A DNA stretch of 64,000 nt from Schmidtea polychroa (GCA_044892525.1 CM097885.1:28150001-28214000), one strand, 5' to 3'; shown: positions 41,233 through 58,384, counted from the stretch's first letter. Notes: generated by a model from the sequence alone, not told the origin. Numbers and translations: made by a program.

Positions 41233-43633
41233 TAGGGCATCCAAAACCGGGATTCCAAAACCCGGTTTCCAGAAAACCCGGACATTTTCTGGAACCGAAA
41301 ACGGAGATTGAATTTGGTAAAATTTCCCGGTTTTCGGTGCTGATAGCAAGCATTTCTCATATTCTAAAATAAGCAAAATACTGTTCGCAGCTTAATATTT
41401 ACATTACGAAATAATATAAGTACATATTTCCGTTAATAATGACTGTGAATTAAAAGATTAGTTCAAAATTAAGCCCTTCGATTACATTTGCAAATATAAT
41501 TCACAGTCTCTTTAAGACAACATCAATATAATAATTAAATTTGAATTTAATTTGATTTATTTATAACTATAACAAGTCGTATGAAAGTATTAAATTTACT
41601 CTAAAGTTATATTGTGTTTTTTTTATATGTGAGTTTTTATATAGGTTATATATATTATATTTTTTATGTAGTGTTATTTTTATTGGTCACTCGGAAGGTC
41701 GGAAGTAAATCAATCAAAAGTGTCCAGTTTAATCTTTAAGGCAAGTAAAATTTTTATTATTATAGAAAACATAAAATTATCGCAAATTTTTCTACTAGAC
41801 ATGTCTATAAAAAATATCAAATTTGAGGAATGCAGCCAGCGGCTGATTGAAAAAACTCCAGTATGGGAGTATTTTCTCCGTGACAACAATTCTGGTGAGT
41901 TTGCGAAATGTAAACGATGTGATAAGCCATTGAAGACAACAGATGGTTCAACAAGTTCCCTCCATAAACATATTACATCTATTCACAAGATCATAGTAAA
42001 ACCTGTGAAGAGATATGCTTCTGTAAGTACAGCAGCAACATCAACTGCACCACCAGAAAAGCGCAGAAATGTACACAGTTCTACGCTAACAAACTACTAC
42101 TGCGAGGATCGTTGCCTGCAGAATGCTGTATCAAACTTATTGAAGAAAGACTGCAAATATTTGGCTTGAATTTGCATGAAGACATCATTTGCATTACAAC
42201 GGATGGTGCCGCTGTAATACAAAAGGTTGGGAAAATATTGACCTGTAAGCAGCAACTCTGCTTCGCTCACGCAATTCATTTAGCAGTATTGGATATCCTT
42301 TATCAAAAACCTAAACCAGCTCCAACTGGTAACGATGACGATGACTGTATTTCAGATGGTGATGGTAATGGTGACGACGATCAAGACGAAGGATTTAATC
42401 TTGAATTGGAAGCGAATGAACCAGAACTGTGTGAGAATATTTATGATCTTATCCGCAAAATTAGAACTGTAGTCAAGCTATTTCGTAAATCATCAACTAA
42501 AAACGAAATTCTTCAAAAATACATCAAAGAAGAATTTGAAAAGGAATTGCAATTGATAATTGATGTAAAGACAAGATGGAATAGCCTTTATAGTATGCTT
42601 GAAAGATTTCGTAAATTAAAAAACAACATTCGAAAATCTTTAATAGATCTCAATTCAAGTTTTTCATTCGAAGACGAAGAGTGGAATATGATTAATGATT
42701 TAGTAGCAACACTTGAACCAATAAAATTAGCTGCAGAAGCTTTATGCCGCCGAGATGCGACATTATTAACAGCTGACACGACAATTTTGTGTATGATAAA
42801 CAACCTAGGTTGCAGTGAATTTGCTCTGCAAATGAAGGACTCGCTTTATTATCGCATAAATCAACGACGAACGAAAGTGGCTAGTTTGCTGCAATATTTA
42901 CATAAAAGCAAACAAGATTATGCGGAACTGGATCCAGACTCAGTTTTAAACTTTGAACATTTGACAAAGTCAGCGATAGCAAACATGATAATTGGCCTAT
43001 CAAATCCACTCGAAGGAAGCCAGCAGTCATCTGAGTCGGACTCAGACAATGATGTTGAAATTGGAATAGAATTGTCGTTGGAGGAAAAGCTTAACCGTGC
43101 CATTACCAAGGATGAATTCCACTATTACCCCACCAACAAAAACAATTAGAGACATAACTAATGTTATAAAAAAAGAATTGGCTATTTTCGAACTGGAGGG
43201 CAATCGTGGAAAGAATCTCCAGACCTGTTATGAAAACTTGTTATCCATTCCACCTACGAGCGTAGATTCAGAGTGCGTATTTTCCAATTGTGGTATGGTT
43301 TGTACAAAAATTAGATCATCACTAAACGATCAAAGTTTAGACATTTTAAGTTTCTTACGAACACATTTTAAAACGGAAGCGGACATTTAGAGAAGCTAAT
43401 AGCTTTTTATTTATTAAATTGAATTGTGTTTATTTATATATTGAATTTCTGTGATTTTATGTTTGTTCCTTTATTATAATAAAAATTATTTATAATAAAA
43501 ATGCTTTTTTACTTATAATTTATTATTTTTTATTTACATTTTCAACACCGGTTCCAGAACCGGGTACCCGATTCTGGAACATTCTAGCACCGAAAACCCG
43601 GTTCCAAAATAATTCTCGGTTTTGAATGCCCTA
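41233..43633 (+). mobile_element. hAT (Ac/hobo-like) DNA transposon, 2401 bp
   Basis: TIRs TAGGGCATCCAAAACCG / CGGTTTTTGAATGCCCTA. Perfect 8-bp TSD CTATTGAT (41225-41232, 43634-43641). Subterminal AACCGG repeats. Confidence 0.96.
41801..43390 (+). pseudogene. hAT transposase with internal deletion and two frame breaks
   Basis: BED finger (VWEYF..AKCKRC..GSTSSLHKH), ITTDGA, CFAHAIHL, DVKTRWNS and SIPPTSVDSECVFS. The region carrying the first catalytic Asp is missing. Confidence 0.92.
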
Positions 43634-45653
43634 CTATTGATGAACCAAATTTTAATATCCATTATTTTAAATAGAATATTACATACTGTCCATTCATCAT
43701 GGGCTTCAACAGCTTCTAATACTGAATTGGTTAATCATGGCCATAATATAATATACCTTATACACCTACAAACGGTTCCTTTTGACGTTTTACCCGTTTT
43801 TGATGTTAAAACCTTTCTTTTCTAACGAATTTCACAAGCATTTATCACAATTTTCTGGATTACATCTACTAACTGAAAAAGAATTTCTAACGTATTCTTT
43901 AGTTTTTTCAATACTCGCGTGACAAAGTTGTGAATTTCATCTAGAAAAGTTTTACTTTTTCGGAATATAGATTTTATTTTCATATTTAATCAAATTGTCA
44001 CTTATCAAATATATAATTGGTTGCCCGATAGTATTGTATTTTTAGTCTTTTCGATTTCATCGTCCTTATTTTGTCACTTTACACCCGTTTGCAGTGAACA
44101 AACGCATTTATAATGTAAAAATAAAATCAATACGTGTATATTATATAAACATACAAACTTACCTGTGTGTTGATTTTTAGCGTTGCAATGAACAAACGCA
44201 TTTAATATAGAAGGTGGTAGAAAAAATAAATTGACACACAAAAACACAACACCTAGTAAAATGTGCATGCAAACTTTATACATGTAGAATCGTTGTAATG
44301 AATAAATGCACTATAATAAATCATTTACAGATATTTTTAGAATTTTTTAGAAAAAAATGACGGATAAAACTTTGAAGAAAATTCCGAAAACTCAACTTTG
44401 AGTTGTATAGATAATAAAGTCATTATTTTGTAAGATTTATCTTCAATTTTTAATAAATTTAATATTAGTTTTTTTAATAGAACATGACAAAATTCGACTA
44501 ATTGCTTTATCTATTTATAGTTAAAAATATATCTGACTTACATTATATCGATAAATTTCCAAATAACTTCATAAAATTTCATAAAAATTCTAAAAAACCT
44601 TGAAATTTAATTATAACTTATAATAAAATTGTTGATAAAAAGTAATATTTAAGAGCTTGAATAATGATCTCATGTCTATATGGATCAAAATTCAAGTCTT
44701 AAAATATACTTTAAATAAAAAAAATTACTTGAAAGACATTTCTAAAATGGCTAAAATAGTTAATCGTAAATTAAATATTTCATCAGAAATACATAACAAT
44801 TATAAACTGAATACATTCCATCACAAATAATGACGCATCCATAATTGGTTGTACACACGAACCCATATTATAAATGCGTTTATTCAGTGTAAACGGGTGT
44901 AATATGTCTCCACTGTCCGTCATTGCCAAAATTTGAGTTCTAAACTTTTGCATCTGGATGATTGAGGTTATACTACGAGCACTGGCTAATATCCGTTCTA
45001 AAAAAAGCATCTGCATTGAAATGTAATTTCGCCTTTGCGATATTAAAGTTTCATATTCAATCTACTCAAAAAATTTATCTAATTTTAAAATTGTATTGTT
45101 ATTGGTTTCTTTATTGTCATCATAAATGTTATAGCTTTGTGATCAGTGCGTTATGTGAATTTTCTTTCAAAGTGCTAGAGTTTGAAATGTTGTGTAAAGT
45201 GAAATACACACAACAATTCTTTTCTTGTTATGATCTCGTGAGTATTCAAACTCTTAGAACCATAAGATATAACGTTTTCATTATTTTTATAATAAAATTG
45301 AATATGTGGTTGTTTTTTCATTTTTTTAGATTAACATTTTTTCTTGAGTTCAATTTAAGTTTGGTTTTATATGCTTAATAAGATTTGTCAATGTAGCCTT
45401 GTAGCAATAGAACTAGAGCTGATAAAATAGTTCAGTGTACGGACAAAACATTCATTAATGAGATTATTATTCTTAAACTGCTTAACAGCATTTGAAAATA
45501 TGATTTACATTAAGAAAAAAAGTTGGATTAACGAAACTAAATTTTTTTTTAATTTTATTTCTAAATAAGAAATGGCACACAAATAATTTAGAATATATTA
45601 AAAAGAAATCGCGTATTTTATACAAATATAGTGACACCCGCTGTTCTAACAAA

Positions 45654-45828
45654 ATGGCGAATGTTGATCAAAATTGTGTAGAATTGAAAGGGAAAAGTTC
45701 CAAATCAAAGGGATTAACTTTTAACCAGTGTAGAGATTACCGCAGTAAAAGAACGGTGCAAACTTTTAGTACGGCACTATTAATATTTTTATTAATATCA
45801 TGTTCCATAGAAGCTGTAGAATCGGGTA
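45654..45828 (+). CDS. Possible first exon of a secreted or membrane protein
   Basis: AAAATGGCG start context, hydrophobic stretch TALLIFLLISCSIEA, then a G|GTATT donor-like site. No downstream exons identified. Confidence 0.3.
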
Positions 45829-48236
45829 TTATTTAAATTTGTTTCAGATAAAAGATATATCGAGTTTAGGATATATATTTAACACAATTTTTCAAATTTC
45901 CAGGTGTCAAAAACTTAAATAAATTTAACAAAATCTAACAAAATCTACAAGAAAAAATATTATAAATAAAAAATATATAAAAATTAAAATCATCGAATTA
46001 CTATTAAATTTTAATTTTAATTATTTTTAGATAAATTTATATTAATATTTAGATGGATTTAATATTTTTCTTTTAATATCTTTTCATGCGGAATTTCCCT
46101 AAATGCTTCTTTTTCTTTTGATGCTTGATTAATATATAATTCTTTAAATATTAATGGATTATAAGGAAAATGTTCTGTTTATTATTCTTTTTATATTTAT
46201 CTATGTTTTTTATTAATTTATATATTTATATTAACCATTTATTAAATTTATTTATTTAATTTTTTTGAGATTTTAATATACTTTTACTTCGAAAAATATA
46301 AAATAAAATTAACATGATAATCATTTACTTAATTAAATTTTGAAATAATAATTTTGTGAATATAATAAACTAATTAAAAATTCTAAATAATCGAATATTT
46401 TTAAAGACTTCCTAATGTATTTTCTGCAATTTTTAAATTTAATATATTCACAGTTGTAATGCTAAAACTTAATAAAATTATTACCAAGACGAAAAATACT
46501 AGTAACCAAATTACTTTAACCATTTATTATAAAAATATCAAAAAATTATAAAACAAAAGTTCAAAAAAATTTAAATGTGAAGAATTTCTAATAATTTCTT
46601 ATAAATAATTTTACAGCCAAATATTCTCAAATTTATTAATTATTCAGAAATAATATTCCAATATTATTTTTGAAATAATTAATTTAAAATATTTTATTTA
46701 TTGTGTTAAGTTTATTTATATAAATAAATAATTTTAAATACCCATATTGATATCGAATATAGGTTTCACTAAATCTACTTGGAAAATGCCTGACTTTCAA
46801 TAACTCTCAAATCGAAACTCAGTTTTGACCGAATTTCAACGAAATATGTCCAAATAAAATATCTTAATGAATGTAGAAAATATCTGTATTTTAAAAATTT
46901 TTAAATATTCAAATTCATTGGGAAAAGGAAGTGCCGAAAATTCGTTAATATCTAGAACATCGATATATTTACTGATTTATAATCTTCAAGCTCTTTTTAA
47001 TAAATACAATGAGGAAAAAACCATTAGTGAAATTAGAAAACAAGTTCTTATAATAAATAGAAATGAATCAAAATTAGTGATCAGATCTATACCAAAATAT
47101 AACAATAAAAGAAATACCCAAATATAGGAAATAAATATTTTTATATATCCTAATATTGAGTTTGAACATATTTTACATCAAATATATGATGATATTTTTT
47201 GCATATGTCGAAATTAGAAAATTATATAATTGATCAAGTTTTTGAATCCCAACCTCTATTTAAAGGGCCTATTAAATGTTTTGACAAATAATATGCAATA
47301 CATATGCAAAACACGAAATGATTAACAAATACAATTTGTAATTCATATTGATGATGAAAAAATGTGATGACCAACAAATTTTGACTGAAACCAATGTTGA
47401 CTGACAACTAAATTATTCTTGAGGTTGCATATGACATATCCAAATTTATTCATTGAGTATAGCGCAAAATACAACTACGAACATGACTGCAACGCATTTG
47501 TTGGTAATAAATATGGATGAAAATAAATAATTAGATCTTAAAGGGTTCAGAGGTACTTATTCACCATTTCGTTAAAATGAATTAATTCTTTAAATTTTTT
47601 ATATTTAAAATATCAAATTCAAAATTAAATTGTCAGAAAACTGATAAAAATAAAGCTTACAAGACATTGACATGAAATGTCACACATTATTTAATCAATG
47701 AAAAAAATGTTTTAATTATAAACATATAAATCAAAAAAGATTTATAAATTAACATATATTGTCCCATAGGTGAAACAAATTGTTTGAATTAAATTAATAA
47801 AATATTAAAATTTATAAAAACAATAAAATTTTATTCCACGTTTTAAACAAAATTTTAAATTCATATTTATAACATGTTTATGTGGTTTATATCACATTGA
47901 TTTATCACATTTACACATATTATACAATTATTTAGAAACACTAAACAAATGTTACATTTTGAAGAAATATAATATCTATATTTCCTGAAAATTTAAACAT
48001 ATTTTTAATCAAAATAATATTTGTACAATCATTAAAAACTCAAATTTCAGAAAGAAATGACAGCAAATAAAAGCGTCATATTATTTAAGCGGAAATTATA
48101 ATTCAAAATTGACCACCCTTCATAATAAAGAATCATTAAATCATTTTTTAGTAAATTCTTGAATAATAATCTTTTTAATAATATATAATAAAACTAACAA
48201 CGCAAAAACTAACAAAATAACACAGAATTATAAAAA

Positions 48237-49043
48237 TTAAGATTGAAACCAAATGTCGTTGCGTATTTCCTTTATTTTCATTCTTTTTGTCGGATTAGAA
48301 GCAAGACAATTTTTAATTAAATTTTGTAATGTTTTTGAACACCTTAAAAATATTATATCCTCAACGTAGCAATTGTTTTTTAATAGATATGGAGGTTTCC
48401 TTTCTATGCAACTGTAAATTAGAGCGCCTAACATGAATACAACACTTTTGTTCACATCATAAATTTGACTGCTTATTGCCTCTGGACTGCAATAACCAAT
48501 TGTTCCAGAATAACTGTTAGTTTCAGGATAATCATTCTCATCATCGTCGAGTGCATCTTCATAATCAAGAATCTTTACCTGATATGTTGTTTTATTTATG
48601 ATAATATTTTCAGGTTTGATATCGAGATGATAAATGCCTTTATCGATTAATTTTTCAATGGCAATTATTACATTTTCTACAATTCTTTTAACACATCTTT
48701 CTTGTCGCTTTTTCTCCATAATGTATTCCCCTAGTTCAACCCATTTACCAGTCAAATGTTCCATAACAATTGAAAATTCTTTGTCGTCTTGAAAGAAATC
48801 AAGAATCTTAGGGCAAATTTCATCATCATTAATTAATTGATTAAATTGCATTTCCAGTGGAATACGAAATGGATAATTTGGATTCTGTGCAAATAATCTA
48901 TTTTCAGATTTGTGGATTCTTTTAATCACTACAGTTTTGTTCCTTTTATTGTTCTGGGAATTATTCTCAGCAATATATACTTCACCTTTTACTGATGAGT
49001 GAAGGGTTTGAATGAATTTATATTTATCACTAATATTTATCAT
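48237..49043 (-). CDS. Divergent Pim-like Ser/Thr kinase, intronless, 268 aa
   Basis: VVIK, IPLEM, HLDIKPENI, ILDYE, GTIGYCSPE, LIKNCL..NP.KR, IWF. Confidence 0.9.
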   Translation of the reverse strand: MINISDKYKFIQTLHSSVKGEVYIAENNSQNNKRNKTVVIKRIHKSENRLFAQNPNYPFRIPLEMQFNQLINDDEICPKILDFFQDDKEFSIVMEHLTGKWVELGEYIMEKKRQERCVKRIVENVIIAIEKLIDKGIYHLDIKPENIIINKTTYQVKILDYEDALDDDENDYPETNSYSGTIGYCSPEAISSQIYDVNKSVVFMLGALIYSCIERKPPYLLKNNCYVEDIIFLRCSKTLQNLIKNCLASNPTKRMKIKEIRNDIWFQS

Positions 49044-49432
49044 TTTTATTTGGTTTGTATTTCATGTTTTAGATTTTATAAATAGTAATACAATTTGTTT
49101 ATTTTATATTTGTCTAATTTATTATTAGATGAAAATATAAAATAATAAATTATAAATAATTTATAAAATATTTGGATCAAATAGAATTGACAAGAGTTAA
49201 ATATATTTGGAAATTTTTCATCATTTTTGATTCATTGACCAAATAAATACAATTTCTAAATTTCATCTGAGTAGAATTACGTGAGGGTTCTGATCCATGA
49301 GCCATTATCGCCTCAAATACTTCTCATGGTCATTATGAGATCAAGCCTGGACATACGTATCATTTTTACTTTAGTAAAACATTTAAATTTGTAACGTGAT
49401 CTTCTGATTTTCATCGGTTTGACGGTCTAAAC

Positions 49433-51510
<2,078 letters not shown>

Positions 51511-51789
51511 GAATTTTGGTGTGATATAAAGACCTCACTAAAATTCAAATTTAAATGAAATAAAACGTTTGTTTGTTGCTGTAAATATGAAACAACTTAC
51601 CTAATTTAAATGTGCAAATATAATAATTATAATCAATGCAATTAATATTAGCCAATTGAAACGAAAATAAAATACAACGATGGCTGGACGATTGTGCACG
51701 TGGTTTTCAGGTCATACACATACATAGACAAACACGTTACTATTCGCAACATATGGTGTCGAAAATACACCTAACCGCGAAATATAACA

Positions 51790-52795
51790 TTATCTATAAT
51801 CTAAAAAAAAATCAATAAATATATATTATAGGAACACACAAACTTACCTGTGTGTAGAAATTTAATGCCGCGAAATTTAACATATTTATTATAGGAATCT
51901 AAAAAGTGAGAGAAAATAATTAAGCATACAAGCACAGCACACATAATGAAAAATACATACAAAATTAAGTAAAGTGTTTTTCATGCGAAATTCAGATTGA
52001 TTAACATATAATTAACATATCAATATTTTAAAATTATTTAAAAAATTATGTACAAAAAAACTTTTGAATCAGATTCCGACTGCTCTACGTTGAGCTTTAG
52101 GGAAAAAGAAGTAAATACATCGTAAGATTTAATTATAAAATAATTTAGAATATAAAATTTCTTTAGATTTACAGATATTGAAGAAGATCCTTCGACATCT
52201 TTGAATTTGCAGGAAAAACATCGCAAATCGTAAATTTTAATAAATTATTTTAACAAATTAATATTTTCATAGAATTACAGAAATAGACAAAATTCGAAAG
52301 AAGATTACAAAAACTTAAAAAATATTTTATCCATTCTTTACTAAATGTCTTTAAAAAATAAATGTTTAGTGATTACTTTACATATTTATAATTATAAAAA
52401 TATCTAACTTACATTTTTACGAAATAAATCCAAATAAATCCAAATAAATCCAAATAAATCCAAATAAATCTAAATAAATCCAAATAAATCCAAATAAAAT
52501 ACCATAAAATTCCTAAAAAACACCTGAAATTTAATTATCAATGTTATATATTATCAATATTATAAATGCTGACTAACAGTAATATTTAAGAACTTGAATA
52601 ATGATCTCATAATTATATAAAATCAAAATTCAAGTCCTAAAAATTACTTCAATGCAAAAACTTACCTTTAAACGATTTTTGGAAAATTGAATAAATGAAA
52701 TTAAGTTAACATTGTCATATAATTGGTGACTCACCTCAGGTGGTGTGCACACCAACTTATATTATAGACAATGTTAACTTTCGCGGTTAGGTGTA
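51790..52795 (-). repeat. Inverted copy of the 6462-7570 repeat, with an internal (AAATAAATCC)n expansion
   Basis: Direct sequence match, for example the GTTAACATTGTC..GGTGACTCACC..GACAATGTTAAC hairpin. Confidence 0.85.
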
Positions 52796-53706
52796 GAACT
52801 TAGCAAATGGGGGATTAACAAAATGTGAATTTTATTTGGAATATTTTCTTATACCAAATATAAGTTTAATATGACAAATTACAACAATTTGAAATTTGAA
52901 AAATATTTTATAATAGCAATTAATTTACATACAAATTCACTATTCAAGACATCTGGTGTCAAAAATGGAACTTGTCAAATGAGGGGATTTGTGATTCTGT
53001 TGGCATACAAGTAGAACTGGTTGCATTGCACAGTACGTCGATAACTACCACACCGTTCGTAAATGATTTCGAAATAATCGGCACAACTAAATGTCACAAT
53101 ACCTACTTCAATTTGATTGTTTCGTCTGCACCCCTAGAAATCTTATACCGCACTATTACTGGTGCAGGCACCCCTGGTCTATTGTTCTTTAATTTCTAGT
53201 AATCCAATTGAAAAATATGGGAGGAAACATGAAGAATATTTTCTTCAACTTCATATCAAAACAAATTTATTAATAAAATGCGCTCATTGCAGATAATACT
53301 ATTTGCAATACTATAACGCAACTAAAATACTTAATTTAGTTTAAATATTATTTTAATCTTTTACATACGATTTTTATGTTAACTAATGATAAGGCGACAT
53401 CTTATGTTTTTGTAATACAAACTTTTTAGCTTTACTAATATTTAAATCACCACGAATTATATTAACAACAACTTATAATAAATCATCAATAACCCATTAA
53501 GGAAAAGCTTGTAAAACATTCATTTCTTTATTATTTGAAATGTTTTTCAAGGCATTAAAATCTAGCAAGTTGCGTTCTAATTTCAATATTCCAATTATCT
53601 GCAGATTACTGTAAAGAAATTATTAAAGAAATTTTCTTTATATGCTTCCTAATATAAATCATTAATAATTAAAATATCACAATGACGTGATTTTGACTCC
53701 TCTATC

Positions 53707-53850
53707 GTAATCAATAACAGTTGCATCTCAAGGATTCTTAAAAACAACTAAATATTAAACAATCAAATTACCTGTTCAATGTGCAACATCATGATGATAC
53801 ATGTTTTGAATTATAAAAATAACAATGATTTTGGTGAATAAATTATTAAA
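53707..53850 (-). pseudogene. Maverick/Polinton packaging ATPase fragment
   Basis: Single frame NLFTK/IIVIFIIQNMYH....*T.NL..*YLVVFKNP*DA matches the LFTK..ISVIFITQN..R...LN..YLV.FKNPRD motif. Stops fall at expected CGA/CAA codons. Confidence 0.75.
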
Positions 53851-54188
53851 ACATCGCTTTTCTTAAACCGAATTGACCACTTTTTATCAAATATTGGGAT
53901 GATAATTTGAAAGTAGTATATTATAACGAAATGTTAAAGACTGAGAAATTAGGGTTATATTAATTAAAAAAGGAAATTAATGAAACATATTTTGAAGAAA
54001 TTTTGTCTTCTGATAAAATAAAAATAATTAAGGTAATGAAATTTTAGTGGAAAATTATAAATAATATTGATAATAAAAAATAGTAATAATAATAATAAAA
54101 AAATAATAATAAATCAAGCAACTAGGAACCAATAAATTAACACAGAAAGAATGGCACAAGAAAATAAACACAAAATGAATATTAAACT

Positions 54189-57100
54189 TGTAGGTATTTA
54201 GTTAAACCTGCAAAAATTTTTATGAAATATATTCTTAAGATAATTTTTAATGAAAATTTTAATGAAATATTTTTCAATGTTAATTATAGATGCAAATCTT
54301 TGTCAATTAATCATTCACTATATGAAATTATTGGTTAAATATGTAAATAGGGTTATATTCGGTTAATGTTAAATTAAGTAATACAAGGATAAATAGGTAA
54401 ATTAAAGTAATAATTTTTAAAAAAGTAAATTAAAGTAAGATTTTTAAATTTATTAACATATTATTCTCAAGTGGTGAGAATCTTCATTAAAGTAAGGAGT
54501 TTATTAATTAATTTATCGTAAAGTAATGAATAATTTCCTCACTTTATTGTTAATTTTATCAAAGTTTATGAAAAAATAATTTTCTTTACATTTTATCCTA
54601 CAATTGCTTACCATTTTAGAATAATATTTTTTACCAGCAATAATCCGTAATTATTTAACTGATTCAAGGATAAATTTGATGGAGTTGTTTGGTTTTATTA
54701 TATATAGTCAGAGTTTATCCGGTAGTGGTCATAAGGGTACTGGTCGTAAAGGTACTAGTCGTAAAGGTATTAGTGTGTTTTAATGATTTTATTTAGGCAA
54801 ATTTTGGTGTTTAAGGCATTCATTAGTAGTTTTTTAGAGTTGATGGTTTTAGTAAATATTCAAATGAATTTCTATCATTTTTGTGAATTTCATGTTGATT
54901 GAATGAATATTTAAAAATTTAAAGTTTTGATGTTAATTCTAACGTAAATTTAATAAATTTCTTGATAATTGGATGTTTTTTATTGATTTGTTTTTCAATT
55001 TTAAATAAAAATTATTTTTATTGACAGTTACGTGATAAATTAAATTTTGATGATGATATTGAATTTGACTAAATAATTTTTTCAATAATTATATTTTCTA
55101 AGAATATTTCCATTTACACATTAATGAACTTGAATATTAAAAAACATAAGCTAAGAATCCAGTTAACTTTATCAAGGATAAATATTTTAAATTTACTTGA
55201 CAATTATTGTGGAATATACTGAATATATATACTCATGTGTAAGCATCAACTTCTCAACTTTAGGCCCAGATGGACACATCTTTTCATCGGCAACTAGAAA
55301 ATCATCGTGAATCGAATCAGGAATTTCCAAATCAACCTCCAAGGTAAATCCAAATGGAAGTACTTCCAAATCTGCAGATTCACAAAAATAAATTATTTTA
55401 TTTATCTCTTCTTTATTGGTTACCCATTTAAAATCCTTATATGAAAGTTTTTGGTTTAAGGCCCACCCATACAAATTATTTATATCAATGTAAAGAAGTT
55501 ATGTATTATCGGAGGATACTACATGGTATTTGTTAACAAATGTAATCCATCACGGATCCCCTCTTCGAAAAAAATTATACATCTCCATATCTTGCAACAG
55601 CTCGATAGGAGATTTCAAAGTCATTAAAGGGAACTCCAGCTCATGCATGGAATTCCCAGGAAATTAAGAAGTTCAAGTCGATTATGTGCAAGACTTTGAA
55701 CGAAATTGTTGAAAATAGTCAGCTAGTAAGAAAACATCCAATTTAAGATATAACATCATGTAATCAACCAATGATCTACAATGAAATTATTTCCAGATAT
55801 GTTGTGCCTTTTCATATTCATCGACCGTGGCTCCTTCCCAAATTGGTGGTAAGTCATACGTATCTTTTAAAACTTCTAAAGAAGTTGCAAAATTATATGG
55901 GAATATCCCCTTTGAATTAACAATAGTCCCCCTAAATTTGGCTGATGTTAAAAGCAGAGATGTCAGGGTTTTTACTGCGTCATTTAAACTGGAACTAATA
56001 CATTGACAAGAATCGATAAATTTAATGCTTAAACTATCAACTCTTGCTATTAACGTCAAAAATATTTCGCTGTTGGTAGAAATACAACTAATATCCCAAT
56101 TTTTCATTTCATTTAAACCATATTTAAGAATATGATGTAAATCATATCCATGTAAATTATGAAAAATTACAGGCATGATAAACCTAATACATTTGGAACA
56201 AGCAACCTCTAAATATTTACCCGTGTAATGATCATGATCTTTAACTGGATTTTTCAATAGTTTATTGCACATGTAACAAATGGTTGAAGAACAAAAGGAT
56301 CTTTTCTGGTCAAAAGAAAGAAATTCCATTTTCTTGTTGGAATTATTTAAGAAGTAATGTAAAACTATTTTTTCACCAATGTCATTTATTTCAGTCAAAA
56401 ACTGTTCAATACAGTTTAAACCATAAAAACTCTTATATATCTTTTCGCCAATAAAATTATTAATTAATAATAGTCCGGCTGAAATTGGCAAGTGGAGCTG
56501 AAAATATTTATCGTCCTTAGGTAAAACAGCCTCAAAATCAGCATATACAACAAACGAAGGAGTCACAATCTTAGACCAATCTTTAAATATCAAGTTCTTA
56601 TCGGAAGGTAAACTATACAAAGTTGTACCTAATTGGTTTTTCTCACATAATGTTTAGAATCCATTGGTTTTTTCTTAAAAGCTTCAGCCATTCTGAATCC
56701 ATTCAAGCATCGTTCACACCAAATACTCTGAATTCTAACATTTTAAACAGTATTACAATTCAAGAGCCTATCAAGATTAGTAACTGCTATGTAATGAAAA
56801 GAGCCACTTTCCTCCAACAAAATTAAATTAATAGGAATTCCATCTACAACTTTAGATCTATGTGTGACATCTACAAAAGGATGTTTCAAAACTTTCTTAT
56901 CATTAACATTTATTAAGTCAAATTCATCATACGAAAGAACATTAATCGCATATCCAGGATTTTTAGCCCCAAATTTCGGGATATTACACAATTTCATTGG
57001 CTAATCAGAAGAGTCGAAGACAAGATCTGGTGGATTATAACTAGATGCTCTATTTTTGGCATAACTACTAATCTCATCATATTTTATAATAGATAAAATA

Positions 57101-58384
57101 CTATAGATGTCGTCAGTGTTTTTCACATTAACCGTCAGATATTTTAAGGATAATTTTGGATGAGTATCAATACCTCCGTGACCACTCAACCTACCTATTT
57201 GTGAATATTTTGTCAATTTACAACTAATTTCCTTAATTTTATTAATTGACCAGTTGCTACCATTTTCACAGACTTGAGTTATTTTTTCATTCAAAAGAGC
57301 TATACTGTCATCTAAAAAAGTATCACTCATGGGTTTCGCCAAATTAGATATTATAAAAGACTGAAATTGTCCATCTTTTTCAAATTCTACATCAATGCAG
57401 AATTGAATTTTAACATATCCCATTTCGGATATAACAGAATTTAATTTAGTTAATAATGGTTCAGGAATAATTAATTTATTTAAATTTAAAGAAACCATTT
57501 TAACAATAGCATGTGCCTTATTCAAATTAAATTTAATTAAAGGTTCATTAGAACCACCATATTGAACAATATTTTCGTCATTTGATGAATGAACATCTTC
57601 ATCATCGGAAATTACAAATAGTTTCCTGGTTGTGGACAAACAGTAACAATTCGTCTTTTATTTAGATTAATAGATGCAAAAAGATTCTTCATTGTACAAT
57701 AAAATTGATTTAAATGTGCACAGTGTTGACTATAAAAGTCAGAAAAATTTATATTTTGGGAGCTCTTACAAATGGGACATATAAAGAAGGTGACTCTTTC
57801 ATTCACATGTCGATAGTATTTTTTCATTATTTTATGGCAATTGTAGTCATCATGGACTTTACATTGTCAATAATTTGGGTAAAGATTACCTTAATTATAA
57901 AATACCATTAAAATTATTCAAAAGTTTTTAAATATCATAAAATTAAAGAATTTCGATATATAATTGTAATTATTACACAAAATATTATTATTATTACTAA
58001 ATAATATTAAAGAGTTCTGATTAAATTAATGTTTACGCAAAAATTTACAAGTTATTATTATTTATTACAAGAAATATTTACAAAATTTATTACTAAAATA
58101 TTTACTAAATTAAAAGCATTAACATTTACTTAAATAAAAAATAATATTAAATTTTCTTTAAATCATAAAAGGTAATCAATACATTGTAAATTTTCATTTC
58201 GATTTATTGACATATTGACATAATTTTTTCTATAGGCCCTTTATTTGTATTGAAAAAAATATGAGTGGTCCACTGCAACAATTACGAAAACAAAAAAGCA
58301 AAAAACCGAGTTGCAGCAAAATAAAGTTGTCGCAACCCCCCTTCCCCGGGGGTAATTGTTACAGGGAGCCACTAACAACCTACT
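54189..58384 (-). mobile_element. Deleted Maverick/Polinton remnant (may extend left to about 52800)
   Basis: Right terminus ...CCCCGGGGGTAATTGTTACAGGGAGCCACTAACAACCTACT resembles the 20666 end. TAAACT occurs at 54183-54188 and 58385-58390, with a degenerate left end TGTAGGTATTTAG. Shares internal blocks with 10185-20666. Confidence 0.75.
55193..57827 (-). pseudogene. Protein-primed DNA polymerase B (Maverick type), frameshifted, C-terminal half lost
   Basis: GSNW, VNVKN.DD, INLILL..HY, VVYADFEA (ExoI), DHDHYTG, PVIFHNLHGYD (ExoII), FIDS, KGIFPY, YLKLDVFLLAD (ExoIII) and YIDINNLYGWAL. Confidence 0.93.

Larger units (their letters stand above)
40780..44020 (-). pseudogene. Degraded Ty3/gypsy integrase interrupted by the hAT element
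   Basis: Right of the hAT: KIYIP..FLDEIH..LCHAS...ACEI. Across the empty site: WILKFGSSIVIYVDRGKCFES. Left: FSSSYHHQTNGQME and RTFNIGDKVLVK. Confidence 0.7.

Noticed and set aside
48465..48650. Antisense ORFs within kinase, hAT and gypsy genes
   Set aside because: They are shadow frames of real coding sequence.
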